From NCBI GenBank assembly GCA_963750165.1, contig CAVVPN010000012.1, positions 1-64,000 of the forward strand: a DNA stretch of 64,000 nucleotides, read 5' to 3'. Made by a program: the position numbers and the translations under genes. Shown piece after piece: positions 35,766 to 46,436 of the stretch (positions are counted from its first letter, which is position 1; each line of letters opens with the position of its first letter). Under the pieces are notes generated by a model. It searched no databases and was not told the DNA's origin. It was given only the letters and a program-made list of their open reading frames with translations. This DNA is from an uncultured Gemmataceae bacterium. Its GTDB lineage: Bacteria; Planctomycetota; Planctomycetia; Gemmatales; Gemmataceae.

Positions 35766-35946
35766 ATTCGCAATCTGCAATAATTGCCCTTGTCCGACGA
35801 GCCGACCTGGGCGGACAACGTGGACAGGATAGGCTGAAAGTTCCGTCCGACGGCGTCCAGGCGGCAGGAGCCGACGTTCGGCGATCCCCGGAGTACCTGC
35901 AACAACTCCGCAACGGAGTACGTCGCGTCAACCATAGAAATCCGTT

Positions 35947-36939
35947 ATGGATCTAATACTGGAATTCATCAAGGACGCATTGCTGCTGGCGTGTGCCGTG
36001 ATGACAATTTGGACGGTCGGAGCGATTTACTTCGACGTCTGTGGCGGGGCCAGGTGGGGCTGGTGGCTCGCGCTGGGCTGGGCCATTGGCGTCACCGCGC
36101 TGTTCGCGGTTTGGCAGCCGCTCTGGCAGCCTTTCGTTGCCCTGCTCGGGGCCGAGTCACTATTCCTCGCCTGGTGGCTCCGACAGAAGCCGAGCCACCA
36201 CCACGACTGGGCCCCTGGCGTGGCCGTGCTGCCGCGGGCCGTCTGCGCCGGGGACGCGGTCACGATCGAGAACGTCCGCAATTTCGACTACCGTTCGCTC
36301 GATGATTTCACGCCACGCTACGAGACGCGGACGGCTCACCTCGCGAATCTCCAGTCGTTGGACATCATCTTCTTCAACTGGTGTGCAGGGTGGATGAGCC
36401 ATCCGGTGCTGGTCTTCGACTTCGGTCTGGACGGCCGACTGTGTTTCTCGATCGAAGTTCGGTTCCGCAAAGGTCAGGATTACTCGTTCTTCCGCAGCCT
36501 TTACCGGCAACAGGAGCTGATCTTCCTCGTAGCCGACGAGCGTGATGTCATCCTGCGCCGCACCAAGTACTCCCAGGGCCAGGAAGCGCTCCTGTACCGC
36601 CTGAATAGCAGTCCAGAAGAGCTGCAGGCCGTGTTCCTCGATTACGTCTCGACGATCAACAGCATCTACGAAGCGGCACGCTGGTATCACGGCCTGTGCG
36701 CCAACTGCACCACGTCGTTCTACCGCCTGCCCAGCCGCCGGGTCCGATGTGATTGGCGCGTAATTGCCAACGGCCGGCTGGACCGGGCCCTCTATGAGGA
36801 CGGTCGCCTGGACCGAACTTTGCCCTTCCCGGAACTCCGACGAGTCGCCTCTCTCAATGAGATAGCGAACAATGCCCCCGAGGAGGGGTTCGGAGATTAC
36901 ATCCGCCAGCAACTCGAAAGGCGCCGCCATGAGCGATGA
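35947..36939 (+). CDS. DUF4105 (Lnb N-terminal-like) membrane protein
   Basis: Three N-terminal TMs; NVRNFDY, SHPVLVFDF, FSIEVR, DERDVI..RT, WYHGLCANCTT. Confidence 0.8.
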   Translation: MDLILEFIKDALLLACAVMTIWTVGAIYFDVCGGARWGWWLALGWAIGVTALFAVWQPLWQPFVALLGAESLFLAWWLRQKPSHHHDWAPGVAVLPRAVCAGDAVTIENVRNFDYRSLDDFTPRYETRTAHLANLQSLDIIFFNWCAGWMSHPVLVFDFGLDGRLCFSIEVRFRKGQDYSFFRSLYRQQELIFLVADERDVILRRTKYSQGQEALLYRLNSSPEELQAVFLDYVSTINSIYEAARWYHGLCANCTTSFYRLPSRRVRCDWRVIANGRLDRALYEDGRLDRTLPFPELRRVASLNEIANNAPEEGFGDYIRQQLERRRHER

Positions 36940-38794
36940 CATCATCCCACTGCTAAAGGTCCACGAATACTTTCAGGGCGTGTCCGACGAGACCCTCCAG
37001 GAGGTCGTACGGCACGCACAGGTCGCGCACCATGCGGCCGGTAGCGTCGTCCACGAGGCGGACGTCGTACTCACCACTGTCGGCTTCATCCTGCGCGGGC
37101 GGCTCAAGGCCGTTCGGGTCAGCGTCCACGGTACGGAGTCGCTGTTCCGCATGATCGAGCGCGGCGAACAATTTGGGCTGATGGTCGGAGCGCTCGCCGA
37201 ACCCGTGCCGATTCGCGTCGTCGCGCTGGAGCCCACGACGGTCCTCAACCTGGACTACGAACAGGCCATGGAGTTGACGTTGGCCCGGCCGGACCTGCGC
37301 CGGCTGTGGCTAAAGACCTACGCAGGGAGTCTGCGGAAGCTATTCCTCGGTGCTGCCCCCAAGCGGTCCCCGACGATGCTCGCGCTGATTCACGATTCAC
37401 CCGCCACGCGGCGGACGGCCGAACGGCTCATCCAGCGGCTGTGCGACATTGGTGAGCGACTCGCCGTGTTCAGCGATTCTGACCAGTGGAGCGGGTCACC
37501 GAACGTGCGTTTCCGCCCGCTCCGGGCTGAAGGCCGAGACCTGACCGCGGAGGAAATCCGCACGCAGGCCGCTGCGTGGCAGGACGCCAACCGCATCGTC
37601 TTCGACGTCCACTCGTACCTGACGCCGGAGCGGGCGGCCCAGCTGATGGAACTTGTCGATCGCGCGGTCTACTTCGTCCCGGCAGGCGCCGCCGACGCTG
37701 CAATCCGCCGCCTCCAGGCGATCGACGTGTCGGCCCGCGGCTGGCGCGACAAGATCAGTGTCGCCTGGTTGCTTGGGGGCGACAGCCCGGTGGTCCCTGT
37801 GGTTACGAACCTCCGCGACCTCGCCTGCCGCGATTTCAAAGTCACCGAAACGGCGCCCCCATTGCCCTGGGGCCGGTCGCTGGCCAACGGGCTGGAGCGG
37901 CTGGTTCACGACCTCCGCGGTGTGCGCGTCGGGGTGGCCCTCGGCGGTGGGGCTGCTCGCGGCATGTCCCACCTCGGCGTGCTTAAGGCCCTCGAGAGCA
38001 CCGGCATCGTCGTGGACATGATCGCTGGCACCAGCGCCGGCGCCATGACCGGTATTATGTACTCCGCTGGCCTGGACCCCGACTACAACGCAACTCAGTT
38101 CGCCACGGACCTTCGCCCCTCATGGATTTTTCGCCGCCTACCGCGGGGCAACCACTGGTACCTCCTGTACAAGTATCGCCGCGGGCAATTCGAGCCGATG
38201 CTTCGCAAATACCTCCATGACTGGGGACTCGAACAACTCGCCGTCCCCTGCCTCTCCGTCACTGTCGATCTGGTGAGCGGCAACTCGGTTGTTCGCGAAC
38301 GCGGCGATGCCGTCCATGCGATCCTTGAGAGCATCAACTTGCCCGTGCTCTCCGTGCCGATCGTCCGCAACGGCCAGGCGCTGATCGACGGCGGGCTGGT
38401 CAACAACATCCCCGCGGACGTGCTGGTGTCGATGGGCTGCAATTTTGTGATTGCCGTCAGCGTGACGGCGAAGATGGAGACGAAGTTTTGCGACATTACG
38501 CCCGAGAGACCAACGCTGTCCAGGTCCAGGCCGGGCATCATGCCGACGCTCTTGCGCAGCCTGCTGGTCCAGAACCACAGCCTGAACGCCATCGGCGTGC
38601 AGCCGGCGGACGTGGTCATCGAGCCGGACGTGACCGGCTTTGACCTTGCGGAGTTCATGAGGGCGAAGGAACTCGCCGCGATCGGCGAGGCGGCCGCTCT
38701 GGAACAGATCCCGAAGATCCGGCGCCTGCTGGCCCGGCTCGATCCGCAACTCTTCGGTCCAACCGCCGCCGCGCCTGAATCGGCGCCGTCCTAA
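36929..38794 (+). CDS. Cyclic-nucleotide-binding domain + patatin-like phospholipase
   Basis: N-terminal cNMP fold (ILRGRLKAV, GEQFGL, VVALEP); patatin GGGAARG, GTSAG, DGG. Confidence 0.88.
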   Translation: MSDDIIPLLKVHEYFQGVSDETLQEVVRHAQVAHHAAGSVVHEADVVLTTVGFILRGRLKAVRVSVHGTESLFRMIERGEQFGLMVGALAEPVPIRVVALEPTTVLNLDYEQAMELTLARPDLRRLWLKTYAGSLRKLFLGAAPKRSPTMLALIHDSPATRRTAERLIQRLCDIGERLAVFSDSDQWSGSPNVRFRPLRAEGRDLTAEEIRTQAAAWQDANRIVFDVHSYLTPERAAQLMELVDRAVYFVPAGAADAAIRRLQAIDVSARGWRDKISVAWLLGGDSPVVPVVTNLRDLACRDFKVTETAPPLPWGRSLANGLERLVHDLRGVRVGVALGGGAARGMSHLGVLKALESTGIVVDMIAGTSAGAMTGIMYSAGLDPDYNATQFATDLRPSWIFRRLPRGNHWYLLYKYRRGQFEPMLRKYLHDWGLEQLAVPCLSVTVDLVSGNSVVRERGDAVHAILESINLPVLSVPIVRNGQALIDGGLVNNIPADVLVSMGCNFVIAVSVTAKMETKFCDITPERPTLSRSRPGIMPTLLRSLLVQNHSLNAIGVQPADVVIEPDVTGFDLAEFMRAKELAAIGEAAALEQIPKIRRLLARLDPQLFGPTAAAPESAPS

Positions 38795-38921
38795 CCGGCA
38801 ATGCTCGGCCGAACATCAGCGCCGGTAGTAGGGACTTGCGAACGAGCCCAGGCACCCGTGTCGCGGGGTCAGGCCAGGTTGCCCGGCGGGACCTCGAGGC
38901 GCACTCGAACCTGCTTGGTAG

Positions 38922-39001
38922 CTGTGCGAAAAGTAGGTCCGGCGAGCCGAGCCGGACCCGCAGCGGGTGCCGCTCGGCTCGCGGCACCTACTTTTCGCAC
39001 A
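38922..39001. repeat. REP-like inverted repeat
   Basis: GTGCGAAAAGTAGGT...ACCTACTTTTCGCAC. Confidence 0.7.
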
Positions 39002-39173
39002 GGCCCTTGGCAGTGTGTTGTGAACGTGGGGACGGGATTTGAACTGCGCAACTCTCAAATCGAAAACAAGTTCCACCAAGGTCCTTTTTGTGGACCCCGA
39101 CCTTGCCTGACTGTTTGAACCGACTCAACGTGTTCGCAGAATTCCTGCGGCTCACCGGCGTTTTGATTTCAAG

Positions 39174-39248
39174 TCGGGGCGAGAAGATTTGAACTTCCGA
39201 CCTTTCGGTCCCGAACCGAACGCTCTAGCCAAGCTGAGCTACGCCCCG
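39174..39248 (-). tRNA. tRNA-Pro(CGG)
   Basis: Reverse complement CGGGGCGTAGCTCAGCTTGGCTAGAGCGTTCGGTTCGGGACCGAAAGGTCGGAAGTTCAAATCTTCTCGCCCCGA, with anticodon loop TTCGGGA. Confidence 0.95.
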
Positions 39249-40296
39249 AGTTTCTTTTTGTAGGATAATCATCCCGGCAAAATTGTCAACCTCGAACTCT
39301 TCGGCAAAAGCCGGATGCGCTGTTGGAAATCGCGGGTTTTCTGCGGTCGCAGGGACTGGCGAAAAAATGTCCCCCCAATATCCACCAATCCAGGGGTTGA
39401 TTTCTCGCGAAAAATCGATCTGCCGCGCTTTCAGCCACCTGCGTAGTCTCTAACTTTCACGATTGTTCCCCCCGCGCCTCCTGACGCGGGGGAGTTCATG
39501 CGCTGTCGCAACCAACTGCGACACCAAGGCTTGTATCAACGATATGGCATCTATCTATATCGTTGTCATTTACAAATCTGGCGTGTGCGAGAGAAACTCT
39601 TGCGTTTTCGAGACAGCGCAACCGGCTCCACTCCGCCGAAAAAATCGGGCGTGCCTGCCGCTCTGTAGCAGACCTGCGGTGCTTTCGTAATGCAGGCCGC
39701 CCGCACTACGGAAGGGCCCAGCCCGGCGACAAAACTCCTACAACCGGCCCTCCTCCCATCCCTTGCGCCGACCGATTTATTTGACAGCGAGGCGAAAGCG
39801 TCCTTGTGTTGGGTAAGGGATATGGGGTAGGCTCGCACCCTTCCCGAACGGTGGCAGCACCCTCCCCGAAAACGGCCCCGCTCCCTTACACTCGGTAGCA
39901 GACGTCGTTGCCCTTGCGCCGGTCCTTCCCGGGCGAACTGGAGCGAGCGCGGGCCCGGAGCCTGAATATTCCCGGTTTTCGGCGCAACCCGAACAATTGT
40001 TAAACTGATAACAGCATTTGATCTTTCGCAAACCGTACAGGCAGGATTATTCTTGTATCTTGCCTATCTTTTGTTGAGAATCGCCTGACAAAGTTATCGA
40101 ATGCTCCGAGGGCAGCCGGTGGAATTTTCGCGGCGCCGACTGGCGCATCTCCGAACTCCAGCCACGGACGGAAACCTACGCTGCTGCTCCCCCGGACGCC
40201 GTCCGCCAACCTGCGGAAGGGACTTGTCGTCCCCTTGGGGCGTTGCCAGCTCGGGGCCCGTGGCCCGGTCGTTTTTCTTCTTGGGAGGTCGCATCC

Positions 40297-41577
40297 ATGC
40301 AGTTGAAAAAACGTTCGCAGTCGAACCGGTTCCGTCCGCACATGGAGCAGCTGGAAAGCCGGCTGACACCCAGCGTCACAACGCGGTTCACCAATGGCAC
40401 CCTGTCCGTCACCTCGGACAACTCCGCCACCGCCCTGACGCTGACCCAGACCGCCACGAACACCGTTCAGGTGAAGGTCGGCGCCAGTGTCATCTACACC
40501 GCCGCCAACGTTGCCAGCATCCAGGTCAACCAGGGCAACGGCGTTGATAGCACTGTGCTGGACATGGGTGGCCTCAGCCTGGGGGCCAACGTTCAGGTTA
40601 CCACCGGTAGCGGCAACGGCTCCTCGGTCACGTTCCAGAACGGCACTCTGGGCGGACGCGTGACCGTGCTGATGGGCAACGCCGGCACCAACTCCATCAC
40701 CAACAACGCCACCCTCAACGGCCAGGGGACGTTCAGCGGCAGTTCGGCCGGCACGACCACGTTCACGAACGGGGCCGCTGCGCTCCTGGGCGGCAACGAC
40801 ACCTTCAGCCGCATCGCCACCATGACCGTGGGCGGCACCACCAACGGCCTGGCGATCGGCGACGGCTCGCTGGGCCTGAACACCACACTGACCCTGACCG
40901 GCACCGTCCTGGGCAGTCTGAACTTCACGGGCGGCTCGGGCACCAACACCGCGACCTTCGCCGGTGCCACGGTGGACGGCCTGACCACGATCAACGACAC
41001 CACCGGGGTGGGCACCGTCGATACCACGGGCGGCACCTTCAACGCCCCCTTCAGCCTCACCGGCGGCAACTCCGCCAACACCTTCACGACGGCCGCCAGC
41101 AGCACTTTCAACAGCAGCGTGATGCTGCGCTTTGGCAACGGCACCAACACCTACACGATGCCGGGGTTCACGATCAACGGCAGCCTGTCGATCACCGCGG
41201 GCAACGGCACCAACGCCCTGACAAGCTTCGCCACTGCGGCCAGCACCCTGGCCGGCAACCTGTCCATCAGCCTGGGCAACGGCACCAACAGCTTCACGCT
41301 CCCCAACAACACCCTGACCTTCACGGGTGCCACCATCAGCTACACGGGCGGCACCGGGGCCGACACGGTCACCATGAGCAACCTCACTGCCACCAGTGCC
41401 ACCCCCAACCTGATCATCAACACGGGCGGCGGCACCGACACGGTCAACCTCGGCGGCATCACCAACGTCAGCGAGTACGGCAACATCACCGTCACCTTCG
41501 GCACCTTCGGCACCAAGACCTGGACGCCGCCGGGCCCCGGCACCTCCGCGTCCTTCACGCTCAACAACTATCCGTGA
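40297..41577 (+). CDS. Thr/Gly/Asn-rich extracellular beta-solenoid protein with the planctomycete LESRxxPS leader motif
   Basis: GGAGG RBS; FRPHMEQLESRLTPS; repeats such as GNGTNT and TGGxGxDTV. Confidence 0.8.
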   Translation: MQLKKRSQSNRFRPHMEQLESRLTPSVTTRFTNGTLSVTSDNSATALTLTQTATNTVQVKVGASVIYTAANVASIQVNQGNGVDSTVLDMGGLSLGANVQVTTGSGNGSSVTFQNGTLGGRVTVLMGNAGTNSITNNATLNGQGTFSGSSAGTTTFTNGAAALLGGNDTFSRIATMTVGGTTNGLAIGDGSLGLNTTLTLTGTVLGSLNFTGGSGTNTATFAGATVDGLTTINDTTGVGTVDTTGGTFNAPFSLTGGNSANTFTTAASSTFNSSVMLRFGNGTNTYTMPGFTINGSLSITAGNGTNALTSFATAASTLAGNLSISLGNGTNSFTLPNNTLTFTGATISYTGGTGADTVTMSNLTATSATPNLIINTGGGTDTVNLGGITNVSEYGNITVTFGTFGTKTWTPPGPGTSASFTLNNYP

Positions 41578-41710
41578 CCCCTCCCGGAAGATCGACAGCC
41601 GTCCGCCACGTCCTGTGGCGGGCGGCTGTCTTCTGTTTTTGGTCCAGGCCCGAGCGCCAGCGAGAGGGTCGCTCGGCCCCGCGCTGGCGCTCGGGCTCGG
41701 ACCCACCGCA

Positions 41711-42957
41711 TTACCCCATGGTCGCGAACAGCCGGTCGCGGGCCCGGTTCTCGAACAGCTGGAAGAACTGCGCCGTCGCCTCCAGGCACTTGCCGCGGTT
41801 GTGTTCGCGTAGCGCCGCGCCCGCGCCGCCTGACGCAACGGCTGATACTTTTCCGGCGACCGCAACATTTCCAGTGCCCGCCGCGTCAGGCCGTCCACGT
41901 CGTAAAAGTCCACCAGCACGCCTTCGGCGCCGTCCTTGAGCATTTCCTGCACGGGCGCCGTGTTCGAGGCCAGGATCAGGCACTCCGACGCCATCGCCTG
42001 AATCAGCGACTGCGACAGCACATAGGGCACCGTCAGGTAGACGTGCAGGTCGCTCAGGTTGAACAGCGTCGCCAGCTCCGTCGGCGGGATGAAGTCCACG
42101 AAATGGAACTGGTTCGGGTCGTACTGCCCCTGGCTGAGCACGTGCTGCTTGAATGACTTGCCGTTGAGGTGCAGCAGTTCATGGCCGTAGAAGGTGTTCT
42201 CGGTGCCGGCGATCAGGAACTGCACGTCCTCGACCTCCGCCGCCAGCCGCGCCGCCACCTTCATGAAAATGTCGAAGCCGCGCACCGACTCCAGGCCGCG
42301 CGACACGAAGGTCACCACCTTTGTGTCCGGGCCGATGGGGACGCCGTGGAAGGTCGTCGGTCGCACCACTCGGCGGCCCTGGAACAGGTCCGTCTCGACG
42401 CCCTCGTGCAGCACCGTGATCTTGTGGCGCAGCTCCGGCGGGGCGGTGTTCTTCTGGAACTCCGTCGGCGTGTAGGCCGCATCAACCGCCAGCAGGTGCA
42501 GGGCAGTCAGGGCATGGTACGTGGCGTGGAACAGACGCACGCCCTCCGGCGGTGGATACTCCGGCCGCAGCACCATCTTGTCGGTCCAGAACGGCGGCGG
42601 ATACAGCTCGAAGAAGCCGATGAACGGGCACTTGTACAGGTTGCGCAGATACAACATGGTGCCATAAGACATGTGGCCGACCACGAGTTCCGGCGGCGGC
42701 AGTTGTGTGGCGCCGCGCATGCCGCGGTAGATGGCCAGCAGGTGGTCCGTCAGGCCCTGCAGGCTGTTGGGGTTGGTGAAGGTGGTGGGCTGCGGGCCGT
42801 CGGTCAACCGGTAATTGATGTGGTTGAACGGCAGCTGCATCTGGGTGGTGTCCACCGAGGTCAGGAAGGTGCAGGGCCAACCGCGATCCGTCGTCAGGTA
42901 CGCGGCCAGCTGGCCGAACTGGGCCGGGAAATTCGGATGGATGAACAGCACGTGCAT
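41711..42957 (-). CDS. GT4 glycosyltransferase; frameshift near 41810
   Basis: LFIHPNFPAQF, SRGLESVRGF, SDLHVYLTVPYVLS, AMASECLILASNTAPVQE. Confidence 0.88.
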
Positions 42958-42987
42958 GAGCGGCGTCGCCTCCCTCGTTGATGCCGA

Positions 42988-44049
42988 TTACCCCTTGGAC
43001 TTGGCGGCGCGCTCCGGCCGCAGCGACCGCACCACCGCGCCGGCCTGCCACATCTCGCTGGCGGCGATTTCCTTGAGTTCCTTCTCCAGCTGCTCGCGGT
43101 AGTCCTTGCGGCTGTTGGCCTCCAGCACGCGCCGCGTTTCGTTGCCGACCTCGACCTCGTGGTACAGCTGCTCGAAGACCGGCCGGGCGGCGTCGCGGAA
43201 CTTCTGGAACCAGTCCAGGGCGCCGCGCTGCGCCGTCGCGGAGCAGTTGGCGTACATCCAGTCCATGCCGTTCTCGGCGATCAGCGGATACAGACTCTGC
43301 GTCGCTTCCTCAACCGTCTCGTTGAACGCCTCCGACGGCGAATGGCCGTGCTCACGCAGCACCTCGTACTGCGCCAGCCAGAGCCCGTAAATGGCGCCCA
43401 TGAGCACGCCACGTTCGCCGGTCAGGTCGGAAAACACTTCCTTCTGAAAGGTCGTCTCGAACAGGTAGCCCGAACCGATGGCGATGCCGAGCGCCAGAGC
43501 GCGTTCGAGGGCGCGGCCGGTGGCGTTCTGGTGGACGGCGTAACTGGCGTTGATGCCCTTGCCCTCCAGGAACAGCCGTCGCACCGTCGTGCCGGAGCCC
43601 TTCGGCGCCACCAGGATCACGTCGATGTCCTTCGGCGGCACCACGCCGGTCTGGTCGCTGTAGACGATGCTGAAGCCGTGTGAAAAGTACAGCGCCTTGC
43701 CGGCGGTCAGGTGCGGCTTGAGCGTCGGCCATTGCTGCTTCTGGCCGGCGTCGGACAGCAGGTACTGCACGACGGTGCCGCGCTGCGCCGCCTCTTCGAG
43801 CGGAAACAGCGTCTGACCGGGCACCCAGCCGTCCTGCTGGGCCAGGTCCCAACCGCGGCCCTGGTCGCGCAGACCGATGATGACGCGGACACCGTTGTCC
43901 TTCATGTTGAGCGACTGACCGCGGCCCTGCACGCCGTAGCCGAGCACCGCGACGGTTTCCTTGCCGAGGACCGCCTGCAACTTCTCCGGTGGATAGTCCG
44001 CCCGCTCCACGACCGTTTCCTGGTGCTGCCCGATCTGAATCTGACGCAT
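42988..44049 (-). CDS. ilvC: Ketol-acid reductoisomerase
   Basis: LGYGVQG, YLLSDAGQ, FSHGF, VAPKGSG, SDLTGERGVLMG, ANCSATAQRGA. Confidence 0.95.
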   Translation of the reverse strand: MRQIQIGQHQETVVERADYPPEKLQAVLGKETVAVLGYGVQGRGQSLNMKDNGVRVIIGLRDQGRGWDLAQQDGWVPGQTLFPLEEAAQRGTVVQYLLSDAGQKQQWPTLKPHLTAGKALYFSHGFSIVYSDQTGVVPPKDIDVILVAPKGSGTTVRRLFLEGKGINASYAVHQNATGRALERALALGIAIGSGYLFETTFQKEVFSDLTGERGVLMGAIYGLWLAQYEVLREHGHSPSEAFNETVEEATQSLYPLIAENGMDWMYANCSATAQRGALDWFQKFRDAARPVFEQLYHEVEVGNETRRVLEANSRKDYREQLEKELKEIAASEMWQAGAVVRSLRPERAAKSKG

Positions 44050-44183
44050 GAGTGGCTCGTTCCTTGGTGCTTCGCTTCGGGTGTTTCTGCGTGGGGCAGA
44101 CATTCCTGGCTGCCATCTTTGAAAGGTCGGCAGACAGGAATGTCTGCCCCACGACCAATCCAAACCAGCATTCTATCAGCCGA

Positions 44184-44968
44184 TCACGCGCTTGCCCACG
44201 GCACCGGCTGTTTGGCGAAGAACGCCCGCAGCCCCTGCTGACACTCCTCCGTCAACCGCGGCTCGGCGCTGGCGTGGGCCGCCGCCTCGATGGACGCCGC
44301 CTGCTTCGAGAACTGCGTCAGCAACTCTTTCGTTTTGGCGAGCGCCTGCGGCCCCCCCTGGGCCAGCGCCGCGCCCACACGTCCGCCCGGTTGAGCAGGT
44401 CCGCGGCGGACGACACATCGTTAATCAGGCCCGCGCGCATCGCCTCCACAGCATCGATCAGTTCGCCGGTCAGCAGCAGGAAGCGGGCCATGCGTTCGCC
44501 GACGTGGCGCAGCAGGTGCGGCAGCACCATCGCGGCGACCAGGCCGCGGCGCACCTCGGGGTAGCCGAACCTCGCCTCCGGCACCGCGACGGCCAGGTCG
44601 CACACCGTCACCAGGCCGGCGCCGCCCGCAACCGCGGCGCCGTTGACCGCGGCGATGGTCGGCTTCGGCAACGTGTAAATCAGGTCGTAGAGCTTCGCCA
44701 GCCGCAGGGCGTCGTCCCAGACGGGGGTGTCCTCCCGAGGGTGCTGCACCGTCTCGGCCAGCTCGGCGAGGTCCATGCCGGCACAGAACACGGAACCGGC
44801 GCCGGTGAGGATAACACAGCGGGCGCGCTCGTCATCGCGGGCGCGCTCGAACGCCTCGGACAGCGCCGCGATGAGCCAGCGGCTCAGGGCATTGCGCTTG
44901 TCAGGGCGGTTGAGCGTGATGACCACGGCGGGCGGCCGCGGCTGATAGGTCACGATTGGGTCAGCCAT
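44184..44968 (-). CDS. Enoyl-CoA hydratase/isomerase (methylglutaconyl-CoA hydratase-like); frameshift near 44370
   Basis: LNRPDKRNAL, FCAGMDL, VNGAAVAGGAGL, PEVRRG, QGLRAFFAKQ. Confidence 0.88.
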
Positions 44969-45335
44969 GCGAGCGGTCTCCGGCGGGGCGAAGCATGTCG
45001 GCGAGATGGTCGGGCGACGGCACCTGCATGCCCAGCAGGGCGAGGGCGAAGGTCTTGCCCTGATTGTCGCTGCGCAGCGACCGGCTGGCGCCGCCGGCCA
45101 GCACGTCGTAGAGCATGAAGTTGAACGCCAGCAGGTTGGCGGCCTCGAAGCGCTCGACGCGGCTGGGCCCCAGCGGTGCGAAGTGGTGCCGCACCACGTC
45201 GGCGGTCAGGTGTTCGCGCAACCAGGCGAAACCGGCGGCCGTGTAGGCGATGACGGCGACATTGGCGTGGTTGCCCTTGTCGCCGCTGCGGCCGTGAGCG
45301 ATGCGGCTCAGGGGGATGGTGTCGGCGGGCTGCAC
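44961..45335 (-). CDS. AtuA-related small protein (acyclic terpene utilisation C-terminal-like)
   Basis: IAHGRSGDKGNHANV, LAGGASRSLRSDNQGK. Confidence 0.8.
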   Translation of the reverse strand: MQPADTIPLSRIAHGRSGDKGNHANVAVIAYTAAGFAWLREHLTADVVRHHFAPLGPSRVERFEAANLLAFNFMLYDVLAGGASRSLRSDNQGKTFALALLGMQVPSPDHLADMLRPAGDRSHG

Positions 45336-45362
45336 GGTCGGCCTCCAGGCGGGCGGACGGGT

Positions 45363-45424
45363 GAGCGGCGCGGCGTCAGCCCGCCGTGTTGGGGCTGCAC
45401 GGCGGGCTGACGCCGCGCTGCTCG
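45363..45424. repeat. REP doublet (GAGCGGCGCGGCGTCAGCCCGCCG family)
   Basis: Inverted pair; second copy at 49461..49523. Confidence 0.8.
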
Positions 45425-45525
45425 CCACGCGGGCATTGGGTAATGTACGCCAGGTTGCACCGCGCCGCCAACCCGGGTAGAGTAAAACCCTCGATTCCAC
45501 ACCCGTCCCACGCGGAGGCTCAGCC

Positions 45526-46212
45526 ATGATGCTCCGGGGCCGTCAGCTGCTGTTCGGTCTGGTCGTGCTGTCGGCAGCCCCCGCCGCGGCGCAACCTCCG
45601 GATCTGCCGCCGGGAGCGCTGGTCCGCTACGGCGACGTGCGCGGCCGTCACGGCTTCGCCATCGGCGCCTCGGCCCTGGCGCCGGACGGCAAACGGCTGG
45701 CCACGGTTTCCAGCGGTGGCGTCGCCGTCTGGGAGCTGGCCACCGGCCGGCGCCTGGCTTACTTCCCGCTGCCGTTCACGTATTTCAGGACCAGAGTGGA
45801 CATGGCCTTCTCGCCGGACAATCGCTACCTGGGCCTGGTGGAGGCCGGCGGCCTGACCCGGGTCTGGGATCTGCACACGACCGCAGTGGTGCTGGACCTG
45901 CGCCGGGACCGCAACGACTACGCCGACCACGCCCGGTTCACCGCGGACGGCAAGGCGTTCGTCTACTGGCGGAACGCCAAAATCTACTCCAGGGACAAGA
46001 AAAATCCCTTGACGCCCCCATTGCCGAGTCCTGTCCGCTCCTGGGACCACACCCGGGGCCAGTTCATTCGCGCCACCCAGGTTCCGGGCCGCATCCTCGC
46101 GCTGGCCCCGGACGGTCGCACCTACCTCGGCGTGAAGCTGGAGAACTTTCTCCTCGGGTGGGGGACCAAACGCGACTTGACCATTCGCGGAATTGTCGAG
46201 GTGACTTCATGA
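45526..46212 (+). pseudogene. WD40-repeat secreted protein, truncated
   Basis: PDLPPGALVRYG, APDGKRLAT, FSPDNRYL, FTADGK. Ends after about 4 blades. Confidence 0.6.
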
Positions 46213-46436
46213 TCGAGAAGAAAGGGTCTCGGATATTACCGGGTGGTCGAACAGGGGCAGGGAAAGGGGACGCAACTGCGTCCCCTTTCCCTTTCCCGTA
46301 ATCTCGCGCAGGGTCGCCGATTTTCCTTGCCCCCGCAAGGTGGCACTGGTCGAATGACCGGGGTGCATCCGCGGACCAGCTCGCCGCGAACTCCCTTTCC
46401 CAACCCGTCAAACCCGAGAAGCAAAGCGAGGATCCC

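Noticed and set aside
40000..42957. 985-aa minus-strand ORF as a giant fusion protein
   Set aside because: A frameshift makes the GT4 read through into the antisense of the Thr/Gly-rich gene.
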